Shown: positions 34,337 to 46,632, counted from the stretch's first letter. The stretch is 64,000 bases of DNA from Escherichia coli (GCF_024298765.1 NZ_CP101210.1), one strand, 5' to 3'. Numbers and translations are program-made. Notes: generated from the sequence alone by a model not told the origin.

Positions 34337-35920
34337 TCACACCTCGTACTCCAACTCGCCATCCTTATGCAGCGGAATAATCTGCACCTTCTGCACGCGA
34401 TGGCTTTCCACCTGCAACGTTTTAAGCAAATAATCCCCCACCTGAACTTCTTCGCCAGGTTTTGGAATACGCTGTAAATATTCCATCAACAGCCCGGCAA
34501 TGGTGTGATATTCACGTTTTTCATCCAGCGGCAGCGGCACATATTGCACCAGATCTTCCAGCGGCATATGACCATTCGCCGTCCAGGAACCGTCCGCATT
34601 CTTCTGAATATCATGGCGGGCGTCGATCTCTTCCACTTCGTTCGGTAAGTTACCGGCAATGGTTTCAGTGACGTCACTTAATGTCACAATCCCTTCCACC
34701 GAGCCAAACTCATCCACCACAAAAGCAAAGTGCGTGCGGGCATTACGGAACTGCTCCAGGGCAGGTAACAACGGCAAGGTTTCCGGGAACACCAGCGGCT
34801 GGCGAATCAACACCCGCAGGTTGAGCGGTTCGCCACGCAGTGACTGTTGTAGCAGGTCGATAACGTGAACAACACCGAGCAAATCTTCTGCGTCATCACC
34901 GTCGGTAACCACCAGCCGCGTATGCTGATTTCGCTCCAGCAACTGGCGGATCTCGTCTTCCGGCGCGTTGAGATCGATATGCTCAATATCGTGGCGCGAC
35001 GTCATAATGCTGCTGACAGTACGCTGGTTAAGATTAAGTACCCGCTCAATCATCCGCCGTTCCTGCGGATTAAAGATCTGCTGGTTACCATGATCCACCA
35101 GCATGGACGCGGTTTCGGCGTCCAGTTCCGCATCTTCTTTTTGCCCGCTAAGCAGGCGCATTACCGCTTCGGTAGTCCGCTGGCGTAGCGTCTGGTTAGC
35201 GGAAAGAAAACGTCGCCGGTTAAAGATAGCCAACTGATTGAGCGCCTCGATCATCACCGAGAAACCAATGGCAGCGTACAGGTAGCCTTTCGGAATGACG
35301 AAGCCGAAACCTTCTGCCACCAGGCTAAAGCCAATCATCAACAGGAAGCTTAAGCAGAGAATAACGATGGTCGGGTGACTGTTAACAAATTGCGTTAACG
35401 GCTTGCTGGCCATCAACATCAGGCTGATAGCGATAACCACGGCGGCCATCATGACCAGTAAATGGTCGACCATCCCGACGGCGGTAATCACTGAGTCGAG
35501 TGAGAAGATGGCGTCCAGTACCACAATTTGTGTCACCACCCCCCAGAACTTCGCACCTTTGCGTTGTGTGGGATTATTGCTGTCTTTCCCTTCCAGCCGT
35601 TCGTTCAGCTCCATCGTGGCTTTGAACAACAGGAAGAAACCACCAAACAGCATGATTAAGTCGCGGGCGCTAAAGGTAAACGAGCGGAAGCTGAACAGCG
35701 GTTGCGTCAGGGTGACCAGCCAGGAGATTGACGCCAGCAGTAACAGGCGCATTAACATCGCCAGCAGCAGCCCGGTAACCCGTGCGCGGTCGCGCTGCTT
35801 CGGCGGTAGTTTTTCGGCGAGGATGGCAATAAAGACCAGGTTATCAATGCCGAGGACCAGTTCGATCACAATCAGCGTGATTAACCCGGCCCAGATAGAC
35901 GGATCGGCAATCCATTCCAT
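34337..35920 (-). CDS. yegH: TerC-family membrane protein with CBS pair and CorC/HlyC C-terminal domain (YegH)
   Basis: 527 aa from internal Met [10 protein letters not shown]; the ORF-track start at 35986 is an upstream extension. Confidence 0.85.
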   Translation of the reverse strand: MEWIADPSIWAGLITLIVIELVLGIDNLVFIAILAEKLPPKQRDRARVTGLLLAMLMRLLLLASISWLVTLTQPLFSFRSFTFSARDLIMLFGGFFLLFKATMELNERLEGKDSNNPTQRKGAKFWGVVTQIVVLDAIFSLDSVITAVGMVDHLLVMMAAVVIAISLMLMASKPLTQFVNSHPTIVILCLSFLLMIGFSLVAEGFGFVIPKGYLYAAIGFSVMIEALNQLAIFNRRRFLSANQTLRQRTTEAVMRLLSGQKEDAELDAETASMLVDHGNQQIFNPQERRMIERVLNLNQRTVSSIMTSRHDIEHIDLNAPEDEIRQLLERNQHTRLVVTDGDDAEDLLGVVHVIDLLQQSLRGEPLNLRVLIRQPLVFPETLPLLPALEQFRNARTHFAFVVDEFGSVEGIVTLSDVTETIAGNLPNEVEEIDARHDIQKNADGSWTANGHMPLEDLVQYVPLPLDEKREYHTIAGLLMEYLQRIPKPGEEVQVGDYLLKTLQVESHRVQKVQIIPLHKDGELEYEV

Positions 35921-36360
35921 AGTAAGTACAAAACCTATTCGTTGTATGACAAATGTCACAATTCGATCATGGATAAATCGGGGCAAAAATGCAATGTTGC
36001 AGCACTATTTATCTCATATTATTTGAGGGTAATAACCTCACATTATCCCTGAATTAAAAGTGGTAATAATAAAACATTATTTAAGAAATATCGCATGTGG
36101 AGGCGCAATATTAAATATTGTCAACCTAAAGAAACTCCTAAAAACCATATTGAATGACACTTAATATAATTCTTAAAAATAGCCAATTGCCGAATTGTTA
36201 CCTTGCCTGCTATTCCGTTAGCTGTAACACTTCCTCCTGCATTATTGGAGAGCCAATATTCAATTACCATAATGTCACCTTATATTCGGAAGTTAATTTC
36301 CGCAATAACCCTTTCTCATCAACGATTGTATGCAGAGAGGGTTTGAAAAATTAAGCTAAA

Positions 36361-36399
36361 TCAGTGTATTGGTAGCTAAAAAGCCAGGGGCGGTAGCGT
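36361..36399 (+). promoter_or_regulatory. JUMPstart element with ops (RfaH-recruiting) site in the wza leader
   Basis: 39-bp cagtgtattggtagctaaaaagccaggggcggtagcgtg; ops GGCGGTAGCGTG at 36388-36399. Confidence 0.85.
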
Positions 36400-36578
36400 G
36401 TCTGGATGCCTGAAAGACCAGTCTGAATTATTCTGTCAATAGCCTGCGGATGAAATCAATTTTTTTAGGACTGATGCCAGTTAAATTTGTATTCAATTAA
36501 CTGCAAGGTAAATGTGCATGGCGACATTGCTATTAATAGTGCACAGGATAATTACTCTGCCAAAGTGATAAATAAACA

Positions 36579-37718
36579 ATGATGAAATCCAAAATGAAAT
36601 TGATGCCATTATTGGTGTCAGTAACCTTGATAAGCGGTTGCACAGTACTTCCGGGCAGCAATATGTCGACGATGGGCAAAGACGTCATCAAACAGCAGGA
36701 CGCTGATTTCGATCTCGACAAAATGGTGAATGTTTATCCGCTGACCCCGCGCCTGATTGACCAATTACGCCCACGCCCGAATGTAGCGCGCCCCAATATG
36801 ACGCTGGAAAGTGAGATCGCGAATTACCAGTATCGCGTCGGGCCGGGCGACGTTCTGAATGTCACCGTCTGGGATCACCCGGAACTCACCACGCCAGCCG
36901 GTCAGTACCGCAGCTCCAGCGACACCGGCAACTGGGTACAGCCTGACGGCACTATGTTTTACCCGTATATCGGCAAGGTCCACGTAGTCGGGAAAACGCT
37001 CGCTGAAATCCGCAGTGATATTACCGGGCGCTTAGCGACGTACATCGCTGACCCGCAGGTGGATGTTAATATCGCCGCCTTCCGCTCGCAAAAGGCCTAT
37101 ATCTCAGGTCAGGTGAATAAATCCGGTCAACAGGCGATCACCAACGTACCACTGACCATTCTCGACGCCATCAACGCCGCAGGTGGCCTGACCGACACCG
37201 CTGACTGGCGCAACGTGGTGCTAACACACAATGGTCGTGAAGAACGCATTTCTTTGCAGGCGCTGATGCAAAACGGCGACCTCAATCAGAACCGACTGCT
37301 TTACCCCGGCGATATTCTCTACGTGCCGCGTAATGATGATCTGAAAGTGTTTGTGATGGGTGAAGTGAAGAAACAGAGCACCCTGAAAATGGACTTTAGC
37401 GGCATGACCCTGACTGAAGCCCTGGGCAATGCCGAAGGTATCGACATGACCACCTCCAACGCCAGCGGCATCTTTGTCATTCGTCCGCTGAAAGGCGAGG
37501 GCGGGCGTAACGGCAAGATTGCCAATATCTACCAGCTGGATATGTCCGATGCCACGTCGCTGGTGATGGCGACAGAATTCCGCCTGCAACCTTATGACGT
37601 GGTGTATGTCACCACCGCCCCGGTTTCCCGCTGGAACCGTCTGATCAATCAGTTGCTGCCAACTATTAGCGGTGTCCGTTACATGACGGATACAGCCAGC
37701 GACATTCATAACTGGTAA
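36579..37718 (+). CDS. wza: outer membrane polysaccharide export lipoprotein Wza
   Basis: 379 aa; lipoprotein signal (LISGC); colanic acid cluster. Confidence 0.9.
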   Translation: MMKSKMKLMPLLVSVTLISGCTVLPGSNMSTMGKDVIKQQDADFDLDKMVNVYPLTPRLIDQLRPRPNVARPNMTLESEIANYQYRVGPGDVLNVTVWDHPELTTPAGQYRSSSDTGNWVQPDGTMFYPYIGKVHVVGKTLAEIRSDITGRLATYIADPQVDVNIAAFRSQKAYISGQVNKSGQQAITNVPLTILDAINAAGGLTDTADWRNVVLTHNGREERISLQALMQNGDLNQNRLLYPGDILYVPRNDDLKVFVMGEVKKQSTLKMDFSGMTLTEALGNAEGIDMTTSNASGIFVIRPLKGEGGRNGKIANIYQLDMSDATSLVMATEFRLQPYDVVYVTTAPVSRWNRLINQLLPTISGVRYMTDTASDIHNW

Positions 37719-37723
37719 TCGTC

Positions 37724-38167
37724 ATGTTTAACAACATCTTAGTTGTCTGTGTCGGCAATATTTGCCGTTCCCCGACGGCGGAACGCTTACTGCAACGTTA
37801 TCACCCGGAGCTGAAAGTGGAGTCCGCTGGACTCGGCGCGCTGGTCGGTAAGGGCGCTGATCCTACCGCTATCAGCGTCGCCGCAGAACATCAACTGTCT
37901 CTGGAAGGTCACTGTGCCCGTCAAATCAGCCGCCGTCTGTGTCGCAACTACGACCTGATTTTGACCATGGAAAAGCGCCATATCGAACGCTTATGCAAGA
38001 TGGCACCCGAGATGCGCGGCAAAGTGATGCTGTTTGGTCACTGGGATAACGAATGTGAAATCCCCGATCCGTATCGCAAAAGCCGGGAAACGTTTGCAGC
38101 GGTGTACACATTACTTGAACGGTCTGCCCGCCAGTGGGCGCAGGCATTGAACGCAGAGCAGGTATAA
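37724..38167 (+). CDS. wzb: low-molecular-weight protein-tyrosine phosphatase Wzb
   Basis: 147 aa; CVGNICRSP active-site motif. Confidence 0.9.
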   Translation: MFNNILVVCVGNICRSPTAERLLQRYHPELKVESAGLGALVGKGADPTAISVAAEHQLSLEGHCARQISRRLCRNYDLILTMEKRHIERLCKMAPEMRGKVMLFGHWDNECEIPDPYRKSRETFAAVYTLLERSARQWAQALNAEQV

Positions 38168-38169
38168 GA

Positions 38170-40332
38170 ATGACAGAAAAAGTAAAACAACATGCCGCTC
38201 CGGTAACGGGCAGTGATGAAATCGATATTGGTCGCCTGGTCGGCACCGTCATTGAAGCGCGCTGGTGGGTGATTGGCATCACCGCTGTATTTGCCCTCTG
38301 TGCCGTGGTTTACACCTTCTTCGCCACGCCGATTTATAGTGCCGACGCACTGGTACAAATCGAGCAAAACAGCGGCAATTCGTTAGTGCAGGATATCGGA
38401 TCGGCGTTAGCCAACAAACCGCCTGCATCGGACGCCGAGATCCAGTTGATTCGTTCGCGTCTGGTGCTTGGTAAAACGGTGGACGATCTCGACCTCGATA
38501 TTGCAGTGAGCAAAAACACGTTCCCGATTTTCGGTGCGGGCTGGGATCGCCTGATGGGACGTCAGAACGAGACGGTGAAAGTGACCACCTTTAACCGCCC
38601 GAAAGAGATGGCGGATCAGGTGTTTACGCTTAATGTGCTGGACGATAAAAACTACACCCTGAGCAGCGACGGCGGCTTTAGCGCCCGTGGGCAAGCGGGC
38701 CAGATGCTGAAAAAAGAAGGCGTCACGCTGATGGTTGAAGCCATTCACGCCCGCCCGGGCAGTGAGTTTACCGTCACCAAATACTCCACGTTGGGGATGA
38801 TCAACCAACTGCAAAACAGCCTGACGGTAACGGAGAACGGCAAAGACGCAGGCGTACTGAGCCTGACTTATACCGGTGAAGATCGCGAACAGATCCGCGA
38901 CATTCTTAACAGCATCGCCCGTAACTATCAGGAACAAAATATTGAGCGCAAATCGGCGGAAGCGTCGAAAAGCCTCGCTTTCCTCGCGCAACAGTTACCG
39001 GAAGTACGTAGCCGCCTCGATGTTGCCGAAAACAAACTGAATGCCTTCCGTCAGGATAAAGATTCTGTTGATCTGCCGCTGGAAGCGAAAGCGGTGCTCG
39101 ATTCGATGGTGAACATCGACGCGCAGTTGAACGAACTGACCTTTAAAGAGGCGGAAATCTCCAAGCTGTACACCAAAGTTCACCCGGCGTACCGCACGCT
39201 GCTGGAGAAACGTCAGGCGCTGGAAGAAGAGAAAGCCAAACTTAACGGTCGCGTAACGGCGATGCCGAAAACCCAGCAGGAGATTGTGCGCCTGACCCGC
39301 GATGTCGAGTCTGGTCAGCAGGTCTATATGCAACTGCTGAATAAAGAGCAGGAGCTGAAAATCACCGAAGCCAGCACCGTCGGCGATGTGCGCATTGTTG
39401 ACCCGGCAATCACCCAGCCTGGCGTGCTGAAACCGAAGAAAGGGCTGATTATCCTCGGCGCGATTATCCTTGGCCTGATGCTTTCTATCGTGGGTGTGCT
39501 GCTGCGCTCGTTGTTTAATCGCGGCATCGAAAGCCCGCAGGTGCTGGAAGAACACGGTATCAGCGTCTATGCCAGCATCCCGCTGTCGGAATGGCAGAAA
39601 GCGCGCGATAGCGTCAAAACCATCAAAGGGATTAAACGCTATAAACAGAGCCAGCTACTGGCGATGGGGAATCCAACCGATCTGGCGATTGAAGCCATCC
39701 GCAGTCTGCGTACCAGTTTGCACTTCGCGATGATGCAGGCACAGAACAATGTGTTGATGATGACCGGGGTTAGCCCGTCAATCGGTAAAACCTTTGTCTG
39801 CGCCAACCTGGCGGCGGTGATCAGCCAGACCAATAAACGGGTGTTGTTGATCGACTGCGATATGCGCAAAGGCTACACCCACGAGCTGCTGGGCACTAAT
39901 AACGTTAATGGCCTGTCGGAAATTCTGATTGGTCAGGGCGATATTACTACCGCTGCTAAACCGACCTCTATTGCCAAATTTGACCTGATCCCGCGCGGTC
40001 AGGTGCCGCCAAATCCTTCTGAACTGTTGATGAGCGAACGCTTTGCCGAACTGGTGAACTGGGCGAGTAAAAACTATGACCTGGTGTTGATTGATACGCC
40101 GCCGATTCTGGCAGTGACCGATGCGGCAATTGTTGGTCGTCATGTCGGAACCACATTAATGGTGGCGCGTTATGCGGTCAACACATTGAAAGAAGTGGAA
40201 ACCAGTCTGAGCCGCTTTGAGCAAAACGGTATTCCGGTGAAAGGGGTGATTCTGAACTCCATCTTCCGCCGCGCCAGCGCGTATCAGGATTATGGCTATT
40301 ACGAATACGAATATAAGTCGGATGCGAAATAA
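38170..40332 (+). CDS. wzc: tyrosine autokinase / polysaccharide co-polymerase Wzc
   Basis: 720 aa from internal Met MTEKVKQ; Walker A (GVSPSIGKT), C-terminal Tyr-rich tail (YQDYGYYEYEY). Confidence 0.9.
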   Translation: MTEKVKQHAAPVTGSDEIDIGRLVGTVIEARWWVIGITAVFALCAVVYTFFATPIYSADALVQIEQNSGNSLVQDIGSALANKPPASDAEIQLIRSRLVLGKTVDDLDLDIAVSKNTFPIFGAGWDRLMGRQNETVKVTTFNRPKEMADQVFTLNVLDDKNYTLSSDGGFSARGQAGQMLKKEGVTLMVEAIHARPGSEFTVTKYSTLGMINQLQNSLTVTENGKDAGVLSLTYTGEDREQIRDILNSIARNYQEQNIERKSAEASKSLAFLAQQLPEVRSRLDVAENKLNAFRQDKDSVDLPLEAKAVLDSMVNIDAQLNELTFKEAEISKLYTKVHPAYRTLLEKRQALEEEKAKLNGRVTAMPKTQQEIVRLTRDVESGQQVYMQLLNKEQELKITEASTVGDVRIVDPAITQPGVLKPKKGLIILGAIILGLMLSIVGVLLRSLFNRGIESPQVLEEHGISVYASIPLSEWQKARDSVKTIKGIKRYKQSQLLAMGNPTDLAIEAIRSLRTSLHFAMMQAQNNVLMMTGVSPSIGKTFVCANLAAVISQTNKRVLLIDCDMRKGYTHELLGTNNVNGLSEILIGQGDITTAAKPTSIAKFDLIPRGQVPPNPSELLMSERFAELVNWASKNYDLVLIDTPPILAVTDAAIVGRHVGTTLMVARYAVNTLKEVETSLSRFEQNGIPVKGVILNSIFRRASAYQDYGYYEYEYKSDAK

Positions 40333-40424
40333 CGACGCCTGCATTCGCACCGCCCCGTAGGCCGGATAAGGCGCTCACGCCGCATCCGGCAAGCAAACCA
40401 GCTCATAAGCCGGGAGAACAACCT

Positions 40425-41264
40425 ATGAAAGACAATCCGCTGATCTCAATCTATATGCCGACCTGGAACCGCCAACAACTGGCGATTCGGGCGATAAAAT
40501 CGGTCTTGCGCCAGGACTACAGCAACTGGGAGATGATCATCGTGGATGATTGCTCCACCTCCTGGGAACAGCTTCAGCAGTACGTCACCGCCCTCAACGA
40601 TCCGCGTATTACCTACATTCACAACGACATTAACAGCGGGGCGTGCGCGGTACGTAACCAGGCGATTATGCTGGCGCAAGGGGAATACATCACCGGGATC
40701 GATGATGATGATGAATGGACGCCCAACCGCCTGAGCGTCTTCCTCGCCCATAAACAGCAACTGGTCACCCACGCCTTTTTGTACGCTAACGACTACGTTT
40801 GTCAGGGCGAAGTCTATTCCCAACCGGCAAGTTTGCCGCTGTATCCCAAATCGCCGTATTCACGCCGCCTGTTCTACAAACGCAATATCATTGGCAATCA
40901 GGTCTTTACCTGGGCGTGGCGTTTCAAAGAGTGTTTGTTCGATACCGAACTGAAAGCGGCACAGGATTACGACATCTTCCTGCGGATGGTGGTGGAGTAT
41001 GGCGAACCGTGGAAAGTGGAAGAAGCGACGCAGATCCTGCATATCAATCACGGTGAAATGCAGATCACCTCGTCACCGAAAAAATTCTCCGGATACTTCC
41101 ACTTTTACCGCAAGCACAAAGACAAATTCGACCGGGCCAGCAAAAAATATCAGCTGTTTACCCTCTACCAGATCCGCAATAAACGTATGACCTGGCGCAC
41201 TTTGCTGACGCTGCTGTCGGTGCGTAACGGCAAACGTCTGGCTGATGGTATTCGGGGGCGCTAA
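40425..41264 (+). CDS. wcaA: colanic acid glycosyltransferase WcaA (GT2)
   Basis: 279 aa; GT2 DxD motifs. Confidence 0.9.
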   Translation: MKDNPLISIYMPTWNRQQLAIRAIKSVLRQDYSNWEMIIVDDCSTSWEQLQQYVTALNDPRITYIHNDINSGACAVRNQAIMLAQGEYITGIDDDDEWTPNRLSVFLAHKQQLVTHAFLYANDYVCQGEVYSQPASLPLYPKSPYSRRLFYKRNIIGNQVFTWAWRFKECLFDTELKAAQDYDIFLRMVVEYGEPWKVEEATQILHINHGEMQITSSPKKFSGYFHFYRKHKDKFDRASKKYQLFTLYQIRNKRMTWRTLLTLLSVRNGKRLADGIRGR

Positions 41265-41266
41265 AG

Positions 41267-41755
41267 ATGCTGGAAGATCTGCGCGCCAACAGCTGGAGTT
41301 TACGCCCGTGCTGCATGGTTCTTGCCTATCGCGTTGCTCATTTTTGTTCGGTGTGGCGCAAAAAGAACGTCCTCAACAATCTGTGGGCGGCCCCGCTGCT
41401 GGTGCTGTATCGCATTATCACCGAATGCTTTTTCGGTTATGAAATCCAGGCCGCCGCGACCATTGGCCGCCGCTTTACTATCCATCACGGTTACGCCGTA
41501 GTGATCAATAAAAACGTGGTAGCGGGGGATGATTTCACCATTCGCCACGGCGTCACTATCGGCAATCGTGGTGCCGATAACATGGCATGTCCACACATTG
41601 GCAACGGCGTCGAACTCGGAGCCAACGTCATTATTCTTGGTGATATCACGCTTGGTAACAACGTCACCGTGGGCGCGGGCAGCGTGGTGCTCGACTCTGT
41701 CCCGGACAACGCGCTGGTGGTGGGAGAAAAAGCGCGAGTGAAGGTAATTAAATGA
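41267..41755 (+). CDS. wcaB: colanic acid acetyltransferase WcaB (hexapeptide-repeat)
   Basis: 162 aa; left-handed beta-helix hexapeptide repeats. Confidence 0.9.
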   Translation: MLEDLRANSWSLRPCCMVLAYRVAHFCSVWRKKNVLNNLWAAPLLVLYRIITECFFGYEIQAAATIGRRFTIHHGYAVVINKNVVAGDDFTIRHGVTIGNRGADNMACPHIGNGVELGANVIILGDITLGNNVTVGAGSVVLDSVPDNALVVGEKARVKVIK

Positions 41756-42969
41756 ATATTCTGCAATTTAATGTGCGACTGGCGGAAGGCGGGGCAGCAG
41801 GTGTGGCGTTAGATCTCCACCAGCGTGCGCTGCAACAGGGGCTGGCGTCACATTTTGTCTACGGTTACGGCAAAGGCGGCAAAGAGAGCGTCAGCCATCA
41901 GAACTATCCGCAGGTCATCAAACATACGCCGCGGATGACCGCAATGGCGAATATTGCACTGTTTCGTCTGTTTAATCGCGATCTGTTTGGCAATTTCAAT
42001 GAGTTATATCGCACCATTACTCGCACACCGGGTCCGGTGGTCCTGCATTTTCATGTGCTGCACAGCTACTGGCTAAATCTTAAGAGCGTGGTGCGCTTTT
42101 GCGAAAAGGTGAAAAACCACAAACCGGATGTCACTCTGGTCTGGACGCTGCATGACCACTGGAGCGTTACCGGGCGCTGCGCCTTTACCGACGGTTGTGA
42201 AGGCTGGAAAACGGGCTGCCAGAAATGCCCGACCTTAAATAACTATCCGCCGGTGAAGATTGATCGGGCGCACCAGCTGGTGGCGGGCAAACGCCAGTTA
42301 TTCCGCGAGATGCTGGCGCTGGGCTGTCAGTTTATTTCCCCCAGCCAGCATGTGGCTGACGCTTTCAATAGTCTGTACGGGCCAGGGCGTTGCCGGATTA
42401 TCAATAATGGTATTGATATGGCAACCGAAGCAATTCTGGCGGACTTGCCTCCGGTGCGCGAAACCCAGGGCAAGCCGAAAATCGCGGTGGTGGCGCATGA
42501 TCTGCGTTACGACGGCAAAACTAACCAGCAACTGGTACGCGAGATGATGGCGCTGGGCGACAAAATCGAACTGCATACCTTTGGTAAGTTTTCGCCGTTC
42601 ACCGCTGGCAACGTGGTTAATCACGGCTTTGAAACCGACAAACGTAAGCTGATGAGCGCGCTCAATCAGATGGATGCGCTGGTGTTCAGTTCTCGTGTCG
42701 ATAACTACCCGCTGATTTTGTGTGAGGCGTTATCAATTGGCGTGCCGGTGATTGCCACCCATAGCGACGCGGCGCGTGAAGTGTTGCAAAAATCCGGCGG
42801 TAAAACCGTCAGCGAAGAAGACGTGCTGCAACTGGTCCAGTTAAGCAAACCGGAAATCGCGCAGGCGATATTTGGTACCACGCTGGCTGAGTTCAGCCAA
42901 CGCAGCCGCGCCGCCTACAGTGGACAACAGATGCTGGAGGAGTATGTCAACTTCTATCAGAATCTGTAG
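41752..42969 (+). CDS. wcaC: colanic acid glycosyltransferase WcaC (GT4)
   Basis: 405 aa; operon position. Confidence 0.9.
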   Translation: MNILQFNVRLAEGGAAGVALDLHQRALQQGLASHFVYGYGKGGKESVSHQNYPQVIKHTPRMTAMANIALFRLFNRDLFGNFNELYRTITRTPGPVVLHFHVLHSYWLNLKSVVRFCEKVKNHKPDVTLVWTLHDHWSVTGRCAFTDGCEGWKTGCQKCPTLNNYPPVKIDRAHQLVAGKRQLFREMLALGCQFISPSQHVADAFNSLYGPGRCRIINNGIDMATEAILADLPPVRETQGKPKIAVVAHDLRYDGKTNQQLVREMMALGDKIELHTFGKFSPFTAGNVVNHGFETDKRKLMSALNQMDALVFSSRVDNYPLILCEALSIGVPVIATHSDAAREVLQKSGGKTVSEEDVLQLVQLSKPEIAQAIFGTTLAEFSQRSRAAYSGQQMLEEYVNFYQNL

Positions 42970-44161
42970 CTACCTGTTGTTGCCGCTGATTTATCTGCTG
43001 GTTAACGTCAAAATCGCCCAGCTTGGCGAAAGTTTCCCCATCACCATCGTCACTTTTTTACCTGTCTTGTTACTGCTGTTTTTAGAACGCATCAGCGTTA
43101 AAAAATTGATGATTGCCTTAGGGATTGGCGCGGGACTCACGGCGTTTAACTATCTGTTTGGTCAGTCGCTGGATGCCAGTAAATACGTCACTTCAACTAT
43201 GCTGTTTGTCTATATTGTGATCATTATTGGCATGGTGTGGAGTATTCGTTTTAAAACAATTTCGCCACACAACCATCGCAAGATATTACGTTTCTTTTAT
43301 CTGGTGGTCGGGCTGGTGGTGGCGCTGGCGGCGGTGGAGATGGCACAAATTATCCTCACCGGTGGCAGCAGTATTATGGAGTCGATTTCGAAATATCTGA
43401 TTTACAGCAACAGCTATGTGCTGAATTTCATTAAATTCGGCGGCAAGCGCACGACAGCACTTTATTTCGAACCGGCATTTTTCGCTCTGGCATTAATCTC
43501 AATTTGGCTCAGCATCAAACAGTTTGGTATCAAAACGCCTAAAACCGATGCTATGATTCTCGCAGGGATAATATTATCCGGATCGTTTTCAGGGGTTATG
43601 ACCTTTATCCTGTTTTATTTGCTGGAGTGGGCATTTCAATATCTGAATAAAGAGGCGATTAAGAAAAAGTTACCGTTAGCATTGATTTCTCTGGCTGTAT
43701 TCCTGGTTGGTGTGGTAATTGCATTTCCTTATATTTCCACCCGTCTGGGCGATTTAGGTACGGAAGGATCGTCATCGTATTATCGTATTGTCGGTCCGCT
43801 GGTGATGGTCGGTTATTCTTTGACCCATATTGACGGTGTAGTCAGATTTGGCTCACTTTATGAATATGTCGCATCATTCGGAATATTTAACGGTGCGGAT
43901 GTCGGAAAAACCATAGACAATGGTTTGTATCTGCTGATTATTTATTTTTCCTGGTTCGCAGTGTTTTTATCGCTGTGGTACATGGGGAAAGTGATAAAAA
44001 TGATGATCAACGCTTTTGGTGATAACCGCAATTTTCGCGTGCAATTATATCTTTTTACTCCGGTGTCGCTGTTTTTTACCGGTTCGATATTTAGCCCGGA
44101 ATATGCATTTTTAATCGTCTGTCCGTTTATTTTGCGAAAAGCGTTAAATATTACGAGGTAA
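42944..44161 (+). CDS. wcaD: colanic acid polymerase WcaD (Wzy-like)
   Basis: 405 aa polytopic membrane protein from internal Met [15 protein letters not shown]; the ORF-track start at 42872 is an upstream extension. Confidence 0.85.
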   Translation: MSTSIRICSYLLLPLIYLLVNVKIAQLGESFPITIVTFLPVLLLLFLERISVKKLMIALGIGAGLTAFNYLFGQSLDASKYVTSTMLFVYIVIIIGMVWSIRFKTISPHNHRKILRFFYLVVGLVVALAAVEMAQIILTGGSSIMESISKYLIYSNSYVLNFIKFGGKRTTALYFEPAFFALALISIWLSIKQFGIKTPKTDAMILAGIILSGSFSGVMTFILFYLLEWAFQYLNKEAIKKKLPLALISLAVFLVGVVIAFPYISTRLGDLGTEGSSSYYRIVGPLVMVGYSLTHIDGVVRFGSLYEYVASFGIFNGADVGKTIDNGLYLLIIYFSWFAVFLSLWYMGKVIKMMINAFGDNRNFRVQLYLFTPVSLFFTGSIFSPEYAFLIVCPFILRKALNITR

Positions 44162-44171
44162 GAATAAGAAC

Positions 44172-44918
44172 ATGTTGCTTAGCATAATCACTGTCGCGTT
44201 TCGTAACCTCGAAGGGATAGTCAAAACACATGCCTCGCTGGCGCATCTGGCGCAGGCGGAAGATATCAGCTTCGAATGGATTGTTGTCGATGGCGGTTCC
44301 AATGACGGCACCCGTGAGTATCTGGAAAATCTCAATGGTATCTATAACCTACGCTTTGTCAGCGAGCCAGATAACGGTATCTACGACGCCATGAACAAAG
44401 GCATTACGATAGCACAAGGCAAGTTCGCGTTGTTTCTCAATTCGGGCGATATTTTTCATCAGGATGCCGCAAATTTTGTCCGTAAGTTAAAAATGCAAAA
44501 AGATAACATGATGATCACCGGCGATGCGCTGCTGGATTTTGGCGACGGGCATAAAATTAAACGTAGCGCCAAACCGGGCTGGTATATTTATCACAGCCTG
44601 CCCGCCAGTCATCAGGCGATATTTTTCCCTGTATCCGGCTTGAAAAAATGGCGTTATGACCTGGAATATAAAGTTTCTTCCGACTACGCGCTGGCAGCCA
44701 AAATGTATAAAGCCGGTTATGCATTTAAAAAACTCAATGGCCTGGTGTCTGAATTTTCCATGGGTGGGGTATCTACCACCAATAATATGGAATTGTGTGC
44801 TGACGCGAAAAAAGTCCAACGACAAATATTACATGTACCTGGCTTTTGGGCTGAATTATCCTGGCATTTACGCCAACGTACTACCTCAAAGACGAAAGCC
44901 TTATATAACAAAGTCTGA
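44172..44918 (+). CDS. wcaE: colanic acid glycosyltransferase WcaE (GT2)
   Basis: 248 aa. Confidence 0.9.
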   Translation: MLLSIITVAFRNLEGIVKTHASLAHLAQAEDISFEWIVVDGGSNDGTREYLENLNGIYNLRFVSEPDNGIYDAMNKGITIAQGKFALFLNSGDIFHQDAANFVRKLKMQKDNMMITGDALLDFGDGHKIKRSAKPGWYIYHSLPASHQAIFFPVSGLKKWRYDLEYKVSSDYALAAKMYKAGYAFKKLNGLVSEFSMGGVSTTNNMELCADAKKVQRQILHVPGFWAELSWHLRQRTTSKTKALYNKV

Positions 44919-44933
44919 ATATAAGGAGAACCA

Positions 44934-45482
44934 ATGCAAGATTTAAGCGGTTTCTCGGTGCCGAAAGGGTTCCGGGGCGGCAACGCTATTAAAGTGCAAT
45001 TATGGTGGGCAGTACAGGCAACAATATTTGCCTGGTCGCCACAAGTATTGTATCGCTGGCGGGCATTTTTATTACGTTTATTCGGCGCAAAAATAGGAAA
45101 AAACGTAGTTATTCGTCCGTCAGTAAAAATTACCTATCCGTGGAAATTAACCTTAGGTGATTACGCGTGGGTCGGCGATGACGTCAATTTATATACCCTC
45201 GGTGAAATAACCATTGGCGCACATTCGGTGATATCGCAAAAAAGTTATTTATGCACCGGTAGCCACGACCATGCAAGTCAACATTTCACCATTAATGCTA
45301 CGCCTATTGTGATTGGCGAGAAATGCTGGCTGGCAACCGATGTTTTTGTTGCCCCTGGCGTCACGATTGGCGACGGCACCGTCGTGGGTGCACGAAGCAG
45401 TGTTTTTAAAACGCTTCCGGCAAATGTGGTTTGCCGGGGGAATCCCGCAGTGGTGATACGCGAACGCGTTGAAACTGAATAA
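44934..45482 (+). CDS. wcaF: colanic acid acetyltransferase WcaF (hexapeptide-repeat)
   Basis: 182 aa; hexapeptide repeats. Confidence 0.9.
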   Translation: MQDLSGFSVPKGFRGGNAIKVQLWWAVQATIFAWSPQVLYRWRAFLLRLFGAKIGKNVVIRPSVKITYPWKLTLGDYAWVGDDVNLYTLGEITIGAHSVISQKSYLCTGSHDHASQHFTINATPIVIGEKCWLATDVFVAPGVTIGDGTVVGARSSVFKTLPANVVCRGNPAVVIRERVETE

Positions 45483-45508
45483 ATTCAAAAAATACAGAGG
45501 AATAAGAC

Positions 45509-46630
45509 ATGTCAAAAGTCGCTCTCATCACCGGTGTAACCGGACAAGACGGTTCTTACCTGGCAGAGTTTCTGCTGGAAAAAGGTTACGAGGTGCATGG
45601 TATTAAGCGTCGTGCATCGTCATTCAACACCGAGCGCGTGGATCACATTTATCAGGATCCGCACACCTGCAACCCGAAATTCCATCTGCATTATGGCGAC
45701 CTGAGTGATACCTCCAACCTGACACGCATTTTGCGTGAAGTGCAGCCGGATGAAGTTTACAACCTGGGCGCAATGAGCCACGTTGCGGTTTCTTTTGAGT
45801 CACCGGAATATACCGCAGACGTCGATGCGATGGGTACGCTGCGCCTGCTCGAGGCGATCCGCTTCCTCGGTCTGGAAAAGAAAACCCGTTTCTATCAGGC
45901 TTCCACCTCTGAACTGTATGGTCTGGTGCAGGAAATTCCGCAGAAAGAAACCACGCCGTTCTACCCACGCTCTCCGTATGCTGTCGCCAAACTGTACGCC
46001 TACTGGATCACCGTTAACTACCGCGAATCCTACGGCATGTACGCCTGTAACGGTATTCTCTTCAACCATGAATCCCCGCGCCGCGGCGAAACCTTCGTTA
46101 CCCGCAAAATCACCCGCGCAATCGCCAATATCGCCCAGGGGCTGGAGTCGTGCCTGTACCTCGGCAATATGGATTCCCTGCGTGACTGGGGCCACGCCAA
46201 AGACTACGTAAAAATGCAGTGGATGATGCTGCAACAGGAACAGCCGGAAGATTTCGTTATCGCGACCGGCGTTCAGTACTCCGTGCGTCAGTTCGTGGAA
46301 ATGGCAGCGGCACAGCTGGGCATCAAACTGCGCTTTGAAGGCACGGGTGTTGAAGAGAAGGGCATTGTGGTTTCCGTCACCGGGCATGACGCGCCGGGCG
46401 TTAAACCGGGTGATGTGATTATCGCCGTTGATCCGCGTTACTTCCGTCCGGCTGAAGTTGAAACGCTGCTCGGCGACCCGACCAAAGCGCACGAAAAACT
46501 GGGCTGGAAACCGGAAATCACCCTCAGAGAGATGGTGTCTGAAATGGTGGCTAATGACCTCGAAGCGGCGAAAAAACACTCTCTGCTGAAATCTCACGGC
46601 TACGACGTGGCGATCGCGCTGGAGTCATAA
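45509..46630 (+). CDS. gmd: GDP-mannose 4,6-dehydratase
   Basis: 373 aa; SDR GxxGxxG ([10 protein letters not shown]) and YxxxK. Confidence 0.95.
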
Positions 46631-46632
46631 GC

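Noticed and set aside
36100-36300. Exact RcsAB box upstream of wza
   Set aside because: Several AT-rich near-matches exist but none could be matched confidently to the consensus without a matrix scan; not reported as a feature.
38407-39555. Two minus-strand ORFs (194 and 186 aa) opposite wzc
   Set aside because: Shadow ORFs antisense to the tyrosine kinase gene.
45800-46597. 265-aa minus-strand ORF opposite gmd
   Set aside because: Shadow ORF antisense to a highly conserved enzyme gene.
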